Assembly: GCA_043228905.1 (NCBI GenBank)
Contig: JBHGNT010000007.1
Location: forward strand, 22,568,001 to 22,632,000
Direction of reading: 5' to 3'
Length of the DNA stretch: 64,000 bases
Source: Azolla caroliniana
Taxonomy: Eukaryota; Plantae; Polypodiophyta
Shown: positions 49,901-62,164 of the stretch, piece after piece
Layout of the letters: each line of letters opens with the position of its first letter
Position numbering within the stretch: position 1 is the first letter of the stretch
Made by a program: the position numbers and the translations under genes
The notes under the pieces: model-generated
What the model saw: only the letters and a program-made list of their open reading frames with translations
Database searches by the model: none
What the model was told of the DNA's origin: nothing

Positions 49901-50399
49901 GGATCCCCATGGATGGTTGCCTTCTTGCACTCAACTACTACAACTATGTGGGGTTTGTTGATGCGCCCAGCTACGGGATGAAGTCAATGCTCATGGTTAA
50001 TCTTGCAATTGTCGTGAAGTTGGCACAACTAGTCACACATGTTCGTGTAGAGGGCAAGTGGAATGCACGTGGTGGTAGTGGAATCGATCTCAATCATTGG
50101 TTGGGAATTGGTGCATATCTAAATTGTTTTGTTGGATTAATTTTATAGATGAAAATTGTAAAGTTTTTCAAGTGAAAAATGAATAATTTAGATGGGCATT
50201 TTTTGGAAGATGGCAAGGATGGAAAGTTGCCAAAGGCTATATATACAATAATACATCATAATTGTGTTAATTTTAGAAACCAAAATTTGAAAGACAAGAA
50301 GTGTGACAAGTTACAAGTTACAACCTAACTTGAAGTAAGATAATTCAATTTTATCCGTAGCTTTTGCACTCTTCCAAAGTACATTCACACCCAAAATGC

Positions 50400-52000
50400 A
50401 TCGAGTTGATATGCCCTTGTTTTCTTTTCTCTTCTCACAAAGAGGTCTTGAAATGTATATTAAAGAAGGCTTAAGAGTAGGAAAAACTTCGGGGACTACT
50501 TCTCAAGGTAAGGCAACACTATGAAATTTGATGTCATACTCAAGTTGCCACTGTGATATCTTCTCCAAGCCCAAGGTATAGCGTCAATGGACAACCAAAT
50601 GGCTTATCATAGAGAGGACAAGGTGTGATTGAGTTCCAAGCTTCACTTTATTTTGCATTTCATCTTTGATGAGTTGCAACAAAAACAACTTGCCTACAGA
50701 AAAGACCACCTTGACATGAGAATGTACACACTAATTCTATAGCTCAATGAACCCAAGTATCCTAACCTATATCGTTTATAACTATAAACTTAATGGTAAC
50801 ATCAATGAAAATCAAATTCGCAAAAACTCCTTGTTCAAAAACAAGTAAATGCATTGAGCATGACACAATTCGTTATTTCGAAAACAATTGGTCACTCTCA
50901 TGAAATAATTGTCCATATAGCAAAATCATATGCATCCATGGTCAGCTCATAAGATTTAATGGAATCTATGACAACTGAAATGAGCGTAATTTCCATAACA
51001 AGTTTAGAGTTTTAAGAAAGCTTTGCCTTTGGGGCAATGCCCAAACAAAAAGATTTCCTTTATTGACCAACTGATTAGTAAGAGGCATTGTCTTGTGCGT
51101 ATATTCATTGGTAAATAAAATCCAGGAAGACTAAAGAAAGATTAAGTGATTTTGATAACATTTGGGTATTCAAGTATCACTAGGAACTTTTTGGGATCCA
51201 TATCCCAGCCATTATCATACACAATATGTCTCAATTTCTCCCAAATAATGCATACCTCTTACAATAATTTGATGGACAATCATTTTCTCTTAGTAATTGA
51301 AAGATGAGTTGTAAATGAATCAAATGCTCTGTAATTGTCTTACTATCGATGAGAATGTCATCTAAAAAGAAAATGAAAAACTTTACCATATCAAGTTGAT
51401 ATCCATGAGCATTTCCAAAGCATTAGTTTTAAGGCTCCACTAACTTTATAAAGACAATTCTACATTTAGGTTCTCATCAAGTTTGCATGTGAATTTGAGG
51501 TATAAATCTCTTGTCAATGTACTCTTCTCCACCTCTTATATGTAGTTCATGACACATTAGTTTGGCACGCAAAAACATACACTAGGAACGTGGTTGTCAA
51601 TTCAATACACTATTGTGGCATTTAGTTTAGGAGAAGTGATATATTTTGTGACAAGTAAATCTCGAAGGAAATATTTGAACCCACAACCCTACATGATTGA
51701 CAATATAGCTTGGTCTGTGGTTAAGGCATGCCGCATCTCTTACATGGAACATCAACCAAAGGTGGTGGCATGGGGTATTGAATACAAGATGACATTTCAT
51801 CTTCCATTCCATGAGAAAGTGTTTCTTTTGTATGGTGGGACAATTGCATTTGGCAATGGTTTGAAATGTCAACATATTTCAATTGGAACATGCTTTTTTT
51901 AACTGATATTTGCTGATGCTAGACATAAATTCTGTATATGCCCAGCTACCAAACTTTTGGATTAATATGGCGCGACTTTGGGTACCACTAGCTAGGAAAT
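50400..52000 (-). pseudogene. Highly degraded Gypsy RT/RNase H remnant; boundaries approximate
   Basis: Minus strand near 51380-50850 reads FLDDILIDSKTITEHLIHLQLIFQLLREN, MDPKK, PGFY, FVWALPQRQSF, MDAYDFAI. Confidence 0.55.
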
Positions 52001-52953
52001 AAATTTTGCCATATCAATTTTGCCCAGAACATGGAAAATGGGTTCTTGTTTGATTGTCTTGTCTCCATGGAATACCACAATAGTTGTGGGCTGAAAAAAT
52101 ATATATTTGCCAATTTTCTCAACTAATCTCAGCAGGCACCTTCTCAAAAAAGCTGCATTTAGTCACCTAGTCATACAACACCTTAGAGGGCTTACCTTTT
52201 GTGTACATTCTCACTATTGTATTACGAACAACAAGGGACTTTTGTTTGTTTTAATATGTACAATACTTTCATAGGAAAGAAAATAAAAGAAAAGACATGC
52301 ATTTACATCATGCACATGCTCATCTTTTTGCTCTACAGCCATTATCCATATGTAGAGAGAGATGGTGAGCATGTTTGCCCTTATATATATATAGAGAAAG
52401 AGAGAGAGAGAGGATAAGAAGGATGTTCACACAAGTGAGAACGGTAAAATAGAATGAGCACAAGACAACATCGAGCGTAAAATTCATGAAACTAAAGCAG
52501 TCAATGCATGAAATGCTTATTGTTTGCAGCCTGCCAAAGGAAAAGTATTTCATGCTCATTTACAATAAACTATGTACATAACGACGTAAGGATACACACA
52601 CGCACACGCACACGAATCAATAAATTATCTCCACACTTCACATACACACTAACTCCTATGCCAAGAGCATTACACTTGTTTTCTCCCTCTTATAATATGC
52701 CATAATCGGACCAGATTTATGTTTTTTGATCAATACATTTGCTGTAGGAGCTTTCAAATATTGCATCATCCGATAGCTGTTCATCCATCTTCAATCTTCC
52801 CCTAAAGATCTCCAACAATCGAGTCTATTCGCTCATTTCATTCTTCCTTGTAATGGGGTTCAAGAGTTACCATTTGTGGCAGGGGCAGGGTTGGAGGTTG
52901 AACTTGAGACCTACAGCTTATCAGGAAAGAATCCAAACCACTCTCCTACCCTT

Positions 52954-55770
52954 TTATGTATAGTGATCCTTATTAATGCCCTTTAATAATGTCACTACCT
53001 CCAACATCGTAGGTCTTTTCTCAGGATCCTTTTGAACACATGTTGTTGCCACGTGAACAATACGCATCATCCCCTCTTCATCATACCTTCCTTCCAACCT
53101 CGGATCTACAATTTCTTCTACTTTAGCATCTGCGAGCAATGGTGTCGCCCAATCAACTATGCTTTTTTTCACACCATTAGCTTCTCTCTCAATCGGCCTC
53201 TTCCCACTCACAAGCTCCAATAGTAATATGCCAAAGCTATAGACATCGCACCTCTCAGAAGCCTTGCCCAGTGTATGGCATTCTGGTGCTAGATAGCCTA
53301 CCATGCCTTTCACACTCGTCATGACATAATTGGCTGCTTCGGGAATAAGTTTAACAAAACCAAAGTCCGCAACCCGAGCTTCAAAATCAGAGTCGAGCAG
53401 GATATTGCTTGCTTTGATATCTTTGTGAATGATATGCGGGATTGCAAAATGATGTAGATACCTATAACATTAAACCAATAATCAGTGATACTGATATAAA
53501 AGAAAAAACATAACACTATTCATAACTTTTAAGTGGGTATTCACTAGAATGGCATTAAGTTTCTCAAAAATGATCAGAATACCCCTTGACAGAAACTTGG
53601 TGAGTATCCTTATAATTGCCCAACAAGTTAGGGGTATTTTGGTATTTTTCCCTACATATGTATCCCAAAACCAATTTTTATGAAGGCTACTGATTTATTT
53701 GATAACTCACGAGATTCCTTCCGCCGATCCGATCGCAATTTTCATCCTCGCATTCCAATCAAGAATATTCTCTAATGAGTATTGTCCATGTAGATGTGAA
53801 TGTAGGCTCAAGTTTGACATGTACTCATACACAATCATGCGCTCTTGCCCTTCCGCACAATATCCTCGTAAGCTTAAGAGATTTTTGTGACGGACTCGAC
53901 CAAGGAGTTCAACTTGCACCGAAAACTCCATCTCAGTCTTTGCACTCCATACCTTGAGGCGTTTAACTGCAATCTGAAGAAATGCATCAATAAACACCAT
54001 AACATCATTGAGGTAACTTTAAAGTTGCAAGTTTGATTCCTAACAATACCCTCAATTTCCACACATGCCAACTAGCCCCCCCCTGTCCCCAAAAAACAGA
54101 ATGGAGAAACAAATGAGAAACATCAATAGTTAGTGAACTTCTAGGCATACAAACGATTCACACAACTACAAAAAAATACATGGGAAACATGGGAACAACA
54201 CTGAAATACCCCACGATTTTGAGTATTTACAAAGGTTTTCAAAGACTACCAAAATTTTCAATTGCAAAAGAGAGCTGCAATAAAATGTTTTGGTGCTTTC
54301 CCCAGAGAAAGAATGATATGATCAATGGAGAAACTAAACGTTACACACATAAATTTTCCAATTTGTTTGAACCTAGGATATAGCATATTTAGTTGTTGTG
54401 GCTCTTTGCAAATGATTAGATCTTATTCAGTCTTTAAGATTTTGACCCCCAGTGCACATCAGGATTTTGTATCAATCTTATCATACAGAGGCTTTCTGTG
54501 TGTAATTGGCTCTGATTTAGTCTATTAGCCTTTTCAAAGGATTTCCTATTTTCATTCTAAGCATGTAAAAGCAATTAGGCTCCCATTGCTGTCTGTGTAT
54601 CAAATGTCTATATGTGATTTTTATTTAATGATATTGGAGCCTCAACATGTGCCGAGGTGCATAGACTTTACATGCATTATAGATATACTCAAGGGTCTGT
54701 CTATACATACACAATAAATGGTTGACTTCTGATCATTATGAAACTAGTACCTGAGATGCATCCCATAGTTGTCCCCAATACACGCTCCCGAAGGCACCTT
54801 CCCCAAGCTTGTTGTCATAGTTGAAGTTGTTCGTCGCCGCCTGGAGTTCCTTAAGTGCAAATATTCTCCAAGGGTTTTCTTTCTTGCTCAAAAGTCTGAA
54901 ACATGCGAAAGAAAGAAAAGACAAGAGTTTTAGGCACTTCTCTCTGAATGTAGTTCAAAATGATTGGGAACAAAGAAAACAATAGGACAACTCCATGTGA
55001 TTTTATTTGCAGAAATTATCAATTTTACTTGCAAACTATGTCTGGATGAAAAGTGCCCCAAATGCCCGACCTAATTCCTATATTCTTATAAAGCAAGTAT
55101 GGGTGTTTCTCATCCATTTCCTATTGATCTCATGTGTGAAAAGGAAAATGTGCCCTTAATTCACTAAAATGCAACTCAAACTTTTCTGTGTTAGATATAT
55201 TAATAAAGGTGAAAGAAAAATCCAATAAATCTACAAAATTCTTGAATTGTGTTATCAAACTATCTGCGGATTCACGATATCATAAACCTGCAGACAGATT
55301 GACAAATTTAGAACAAATGAAGGGAAAGCCCTGAATATAGATTGCACGGATCAGATTGGAACGAAAGAAGATCCTGAGCCTTCTAATTCCACATTGTCTT
55401 AAAACCTAATTATAAATTGGTCAGAGTGAATGGAATGAGATCTCTTTACAATGTATATGAAAGTATATTGTTTTCTTTCTATACAAACCTAACAAGATCA
55501 TGCATTTTGCACACTTTATTTTCCCATACTCTCGTGATGCAGATCAAACATCAGAATAACAAGAAATCCATACACAAGACGATCTATACAGGCATGGAGA
55601 AGGGAGAAAAGCTCGAAATTGGGCTGATTTCATGACATTAACGGCCAGAAGTTACAGTGATTAAAGAAATTTGTGTGTGTGTGTGTGTGCACATATGTAT
55701 GCACTAAAAAGTACAACCTGTCATTCTCATGAGCTCTGCCATGGCTACACCATGAACCGAAGCAAGCCAT
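52954..55770 (-). CDS. Receptor-like cytoplasmic kinase, RLCK-XV / PTI1-like (At3g15890 family), atypical; 322 aa
   Basis: Exons 55770-55718, 54895-54751, 53973-53711, 53461-52954 (GT-AG, 969 nt in frame). [98 protein letters not shown]. Confidence 0.92.
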
Positions 55771-55868
55771 GATGATCCTTCACAGGTTCAAATCTGTGTA
55801 AAGACACAAGAAGAAGCCATTATATGATTAGATCTAGTTAAAGAGTGAGGAAAGGAGAAGAGCTATAA

Positions 55869-55871
<3 letters not shown>

Positions 55872-55937
<66 letters not shown>
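55872..55937. repeat. Long (GA)n microsatellite in the kinase 5' region
   Basis: Read directly from the sequence. Similar (CT/GA)n tracts start near 27809, 40949, 45928 and 57721. Confidence 0.95.
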
Positions 55938-55940
<3 letters not shown>

Positions 55941-56407
55941 TCAGAAGAAAAGGGAGCAAACATTTACAATCAAGGAATCTAGCAAGAGAGAGAGAAAGAA
56001 AGCCTCTTTTTTTTTCTCTTCTTCCTTTTTGCCTTGAAGCCTGAAGTACAGGGGAGAATTTCCATGGGTTTCCATGTGCAGGGATTCATCAATGTATGTA
56101 GACAGAATGAAAAAATAGAGATCTAAGAGACAGAGGAGGAGGGGTTTAGCAATAGCAATCAGAAACAGAGGAGAGAGATCTGATAGAAAGAGAGTGTTTT
56201 TGCTTAGGTTTAGTAAATCTCCAAAACTACCCCTTGCAAATTAGAGAGAAGGATCATGCGAGACACGGTGCGTAGCTCGCTCATCGGAATGTGGAGTTGT
56301 CCGGGCGGACAGTGTCTGGGCAGACAGACCATTGTTCGGGTCGATTTGGTTGTCTAGGCAAAGACCCGAAAAAAAAAAAAAGGTCACGCTCTCCGAACCG
56401 CACAATC

Positions 56408-56595
56408 GGGGATCATGGCCAGCTTCATATCATAGAGCTGCCTAATCAGGGATCGTGGCCAGCTTCATATCTAGATTAACTTGATATCATAAAGTTGCCT
56501 GATTAGGGGTCGTGGCCAGCTTCATACCTAGATTAGCTTGATATCATAAAGCTGCCTGATCAGGGATTGTGGACATGTTGATATCTGGATCAGTG
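56408..56595. repeat. Tandem repeat of about 58 bp (3-4 copies) upstream of the kinase
   Basis: GGGATCGTGGCCAGCTTCATATCTAGATTA.CTTGATATCATAAAG.TGCCTGAT recurs. Confidence 0.85.
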
Positions 56596-57717
56596 TAAAA
56601 CAACTGCTTGGCTTTGTCACACTTTGTAGACACCATCTCGTAATGTAATTTGGTCTTAGCAAAGCGATATTTTTGAGGCCTACGTAAACAAAACAAAACG
56701 GCCTCCTGTGTTTGTTAAAGCCTTGATCTACAAACTAAAAGGTTGGGTCTATGTCATACATGTTGCATCTAGAAAAGTAATATAGTAGTAGGAGAGTAAG
56801 ATTTGGACCTAGGTAAAAACACAGCTTATTGCAAGACAAACCCAAACACGAAAACTAAAGAAAGGTTTATGGAAATTTCAATAATAGTCAAACGCTACAC
56901 TATGCAAAGGCATCTAGGTGAAGCGGTTTTGATAATAGGATATTTTAATCTAGATAAAAACATTTGGCCCTAATACGAAGAGAGAGAAAAACACCTACAA
57001 ACTTTAAAATTAGACCTACAATAGAGATTTCTTGCATCTAATAGATTATTTCTTAACATAACGATAATACATAGGTGGCAAAAAACAAGGTAACTTAGGC
57101 TTTTCAAGGTATAAGCCTTAAGGTTTGATCAAAATATTTTTAGGTGAATTCATGTTGAATTTTGTCAAATCAAATATGGACTTGCGATCGATCATGATTG
57201 AACCCTCGTACACTTTCTCCTCTCCTCTCCTCTTAACCTTGCCTTACCTTCGGTTTCTCTATCTATTGTAATTTAAAATAGATGATGATGACACTATTTG
57301 AACGTCCTCATAAATACTTGAAACGTTACCTATAGGCTTGAAAAAGAGAGTTAAACGACAATCTCCATTGTTGGCATAGACCATATGTTGCTCACACATG
57401 GTTTTTACATTTGCACATAAAAACAACACACATACTTTCCTAAGAGATACAACTTGGTGTGAAGATCTCAGAGAAGTTTTATAAGATCAATGAATCAAGG
57501 CATAGTGCACAAAATGCAACTTGCTTTTGTTTTAGTACATTTCTCCGAGCTCCATTTTCAAACAAGAACATGATCTCTAGCATGGAGGAGGTTGGTTGAT
57601 CTTCTCACATCAAATGGAATGGGGATGAGAATATGTGGTTGATTATGTCCCATCAATTCTTTATCTATATCCAAACATCCCTATTGTATAGGAAGAGGGT
57701 TAGTTAAGCAACCTGGT

Positions 57718-57771
<54 letters not shown>

Positions 57772-58099
57772 GGGGTACTCTAGAGCTTTGCTTCAAAAAA
57801 TACACTTTGTATTACATGTAAGATTTAAAAAAAAAGCACCCGACATATTTTTGAGAGTATTGATCATTTACACATATGCCCTCGATAAAAAAGCCAACAC
57901 TTGAACATTGCAAGATAAAGTAAAAGTAAAGGGAGGAAAGTTGGAGGCTAGATTCAAGCAAGAATAAGGAGATAAAGTCAATTCTTGATATTAGAGATAA
58001 TACAAAATGCATCGTTGGTTTCATTGGCAAAAAAATGAAAAACGCGTTAAACTTACTTAAAGGTAGGGAAGGAAATTGAGTACTAGTAAAGCTATAAAT

Positions 58100-59200
58100 A
58101 TGAATGACATCATATGATAAAGTTTATGATTCTCAAGCACCAAGACAGGGTAGGGTAGCAATGCAAGATTGACAAATTTGACAGAGTGGAAAGCCAAGGA
58201 GAGAGGGTTGTGTAGTGCTTTGTCTGGAATTTTTCATAAGAGACAGGACATCTTAAATTTTGGTTTGAAAATTTTCAAACGAGACACTTGAGGCTTGTAC
58301 AACGTAATGTGGAAAAGTAAAGTTCCCTTGACATACATATTTGAAAATACTGATAAATTTGCCATAAGTTGAAAACAAACATTTTCATATATTGATAAAC
58401 GTGACATGGACCTAAAAACAAGCATGTTAATCCGACTTACTAAAAGAAGTCATTGTGTATTGAAAGGACAACTCGAAGAATCATTGCCTTTATACATCAC
58501 CAAAGTGTTTGCGAATGGGATTTTGTTTTTGAGAATATATGACCACTTGATTGGAGTAGAACAATGCATTCCAAGCCAAAACACAATGTGGAATATATTG
58601 ACATTTAAAACATGCGACCCCTTAACAAATGCTCATTACAATTTTGCCATCTCATTGGATGGGGATTCATATCTCAAACATATAAACATTATGTTATGTT
58701 GAGTTGGAACATCAAATATCTCGGCCCAAATATTAAGAAACAAACATTCATTAAAAGAAAAGTTTGAGTTTGAGATCACACATAATATTATGTTTCTAAA
58801 TACTAGCTCTCTGAATAATTTTCACTTCTAAATGTATTGCTTGCCAGATTCATTTTCTTGGGCCCAAGGATTGACATTGATGGCATTGCTATTATAGAAC
58901 AATGGTAAACGAAGTGGTTGGGAAGAGTTGAACAAATCGTAATCATATTGTGATTAGTGTGAAATATGTCTTAACCATTAGTGCGCAGACAAGGTATGTG
59001 CACGATTAATTATGTACAAACAAAAATAACAATAAAAACCATGAGACAAAAATAAATGCAACTTTAGTGAATGCAAACGTTTCATGGAATACATTGATGT
59101 GTTCCACACGCAACTCACAACCTTTTCAAATTGTTGTTCTCCATTGTCACGATCATCAGAAGATGATTGACATTGTGCAAGAGACATAATTTGTGTTTGA
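58100..59200 (-). pseudogene. Possible degraded hAT transposase remnant
   Basis: Minus-strand fragments resemble the C..H..NL..QTLS and L.GL.CI.LL..IK.SQ motifs of hAT transposases. Heavily frameshifted. Confidence 0.3.
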
Positions 59201-59319
59201 TTCTTTGTTCGACTTTAATGCAACACGTATGACTTATCCACTAAGCACCCAATCCCTTGTTTCATAGCTATCACCCACCTCAAGCATGCTCTACATGGAT
59301 GGAACCTTAAATCTTGCAT

Positions 59320-60265
59320 TATGGAATAGAAGTGTGGGGTGGCACTATCATTCGAAATGCATGGAAACGATTGGGAGTTAAATCCATAACCTCCTACTAG
59401 GTTATGTTCTCGGAAATAGGTGTTCGACCCATAGAGATATTGGCACTACAAAAAACATATTGATACTTTACTAAAGTCAAGAATATGCAAAATCATAAAG
59501 CACCACATCTTGCTTGGAAAGTTGGATGCAAGCTACAAAAGAAAGCACAAGAGAAAATTTCTCTCATCGGGTTGGGTAGTTCTCTCATCGGAAACAGGTG
59601 TTCGACCCATAGAGATATTGGTGCTACAAAAAACATATTGATACTTTACTAAAGTCAAGAATATTAAAATTTGGGTTGTGGGAGATCTCTTAGAGCTTTA
59701 CAATGATGTTATGCGATATGTAGTTATCTAGGAAAGGTTAATGGAAATGTCGAGGAAAAAATGGTAAGATTCTTAAAGGACAAAAATAGAATATTGCATA
59801 GCAAAACATCAACCTTGAATGTTAGATTCAATACAAGGCGAGAATGCCAATTGATCATATTCAACATTATCTCATTACCAATATGAGTGGTAATTCTCAA
59901 ACAACCATCACACTCCTTCGCACTTGATCACACAAGTTGGGTATTGAAATGCATAAAATATAAAGGCATGTAGATATGCGATGAAGACCTAGTAGAGGAT
60001 GAATATCACTTGCTTTTTATATGCTCAATATATACTGTAACTCATGAAAGCAATGATGACATATTAAGACGGGGTGATAACTTGAGTTTCATACTTAAGA
60101 CATTTATGAGAATGTTGAGCTCGCATATATATGTTTTATTCACATTTAGAGAATTTGTGCTTCGAGGTATGCATATCCCTTCTTAGGAAGGAGACACACA
60201 TCAAGAAAGCGTGTGTGCTCAGGTCCCATGGGTCAACATTGGCCTCTCTATGGACGACGAAAAAC
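59320..60265 (+). mobile_element. Older RTE/RTEX-like LINE 3' fragment with an internal duplication
   Basis: YGIEVWGG motif, collinear with 3285-4130, ends GGTCAACATTGGCCTCTCTATGGACGACGAAAAA. Segment 59411-59485 is repeated near 59590-59665. Confidence 0.75.
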
Positions 60266-60429
60266 AATCCCACATTCTATGAGTGGTCTAACTTTGTTTC
60301 ATATTTATAGTGGAGTTTGTTGACCCTTAACAATAAAGAAGCATGGTTATGGATTGTAGATCCTGATCAAATCAAAGTACAACCAAAATGGCACATATGT
60401 ACTCATGAAAACACATGACCACATAAGGC

Positions 60430-61221
60430 CAATTGGGACCCTTTGCAATGGACATGGTGCGATCCTTATGCAGGTCAAGAAGCAAAGACATCCCTTTCTT
60501 CCAATTCACGACTAGATTGGGTCACCACATTCTAGCCGCTCAAACCGCCCGAGAGTTGGTTGCTGCAAAGGTATGGCACACATATCATGTTCCTCATACG
60601 ATTATCACTAAGGTTTGGTAGAAAACCTAGAAACAACAACACACTAGGCAAATTACCACGTTCCAATGGCTATTAATACATAAGTCACTACCGGTCGGAG
60701 TGTGGCAATGTGAGAACCTTAGCTCTCCTAGTTGTGTAGCGTGCCCAAATGCAATAGAATCAATCTGACACGCTCTATGGGACTGCCTAGAGACCCATCG
60801 AATATGGCGGGGGGTTGGTTGCTTATTGCAATTATGCTAGGTGCAAGGCACAATCAAGTGGGAAAATGTATGTTGGTTATCATGGCAGACACCTGTTGAT
60901 AGGTACGAACATCAGGAGGGGATGACTTTGGAGATAAAAGTATAGTAGGTTTTTTTCCCACCATCAATAATATCCACCCAACTCCTATTAATGCTAAATC
61001 TCAAGTTGTGTTGGAATTGGTTAGCCCAATAACTCATTGGAATTCTATGGAAACGACAATGTAGACGGGTCTTCTCCAACCAAACCACGCATCCAGTAAT
61101 GTTAATGCAATAGATATGATGTGAAGTTGTAGCCACTCTAAAGAGCCAATACGATGGCCTCAAGGGCAGATTTGATGGAGTTGAAAGATAACAACTAGCC
61201 TTCACCAACAATGGTTGTCCT
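60430..61221 (+). pseudogene. L1-clade LINE ORF2 C-terminal (zf-RVT) remnant
   Basis: FQWLLIHKSLPVGVW..CVACPNAIESI*HALWDC..IW and ILWKRQCRRVF motifs. Confidence 0.65.
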
Positions 61222-61533
61222 TGTCATGGATCATAAGCTCAAGAAGATGGCGCCAATGGCAAAGTCAGAGGCATCGGTTTCGACTTGGAAGGGTTTTGTG
61301 GGGTCGGCATGTAGCAGCACCGGGCAGTGATGAATGCGTGTTTGAGTGAGTCGAACGCATTTTGCGCCTCCGAGGTCCATAAAAATGGAGTGCCTTAATG
61401 GGTGAGAGCGATAAGAGGTTGTGCTAGGGTGGAAAACCCCTTGATGAAGCGACGGTAAAAATTCGCGAAGCCGAGGAAGGATTGCACATCTTTAAGCCGC
61501 CTTGGAGTCGCCCACGCTTGAATGACAGAGACC
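61222..61533 (-). mobile_element. Internally deleted Tcn1-like Gypsy (RT thumb/RNase H joined to the LTR end)
   Basis: Minus strand [48 protein letters not shown] followed directly by 23 bp matching LTR 729-751. Confidence 0.8.
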
Positions 61534-62135
61534 TGTTGGGATTACGGTCCCTTCGGATGGGATGGTCGGATATCGGAGATGGATGCCGACAAGCCCGGTT
61601 TCGGTTTCGGAACCGGATGATGAAGACCCCGGCTTCGGAGCCAGATGACGAATGTACCCGGAGCGAGATCCGGATGCGGGGACATATCTGTGAATATGTC
61701 TGCCAAGGGCCCTTGAGGCTATAGTTGTAAATAGCCCCAAAGTCATATGTGTATAAATATGACTTAGGGCAAACAGTTTTAATGTTGCTTATCATTTTTC
61801 TGTTTTTCCACTCAAGAGGAGTGAAGTGAGAGCAGCCGTGAGAGAGATAGAGCGTGAGAGAGGAAGAGGTCGACGCCTCTGTGTATTTCCGCCGCCTGTG
61901 GCGAAGACGGCGAGCTCAAGGTCGTCGCCTTGCAGCTCGCCATTGTATATTTCTCTGTGCATAGTTCTGGTTTGGAGTCTTGTACTCCCGTGGTTTTTCC
62001 CGTACAGGGTTTTCCACGTTAATCCATGTGTATTCGTGTTCTTTCTCTGTGGTTCCTATTTTCTGCTGCATTGATTCGTGCTTACGCGGTTGTGGCCGAG
62101 CGGTGAAGGTTAATCGGAGCGTTGATTGCTTTACA
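61534..62135 (+). mobile_element. 5' LTR of a Ty1/Copia retrotransposon
   Basis: TGTTGGG...TTTACA with TATAAATA near 61753, followed by a PBS. Confidence 0.85.
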
Positions 62136-62138
62136 AAC

Positions 62139-62150
62139 TGGTATCAGAGC
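62139..62150 (+). promoter_or_regulatory. PBS for initiator tRNA-Met
   Basis: TGGTATCAGAGC. Confidence 0.95.
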
Positions 62151-62164
62151 GACTGCTGCAGAAA

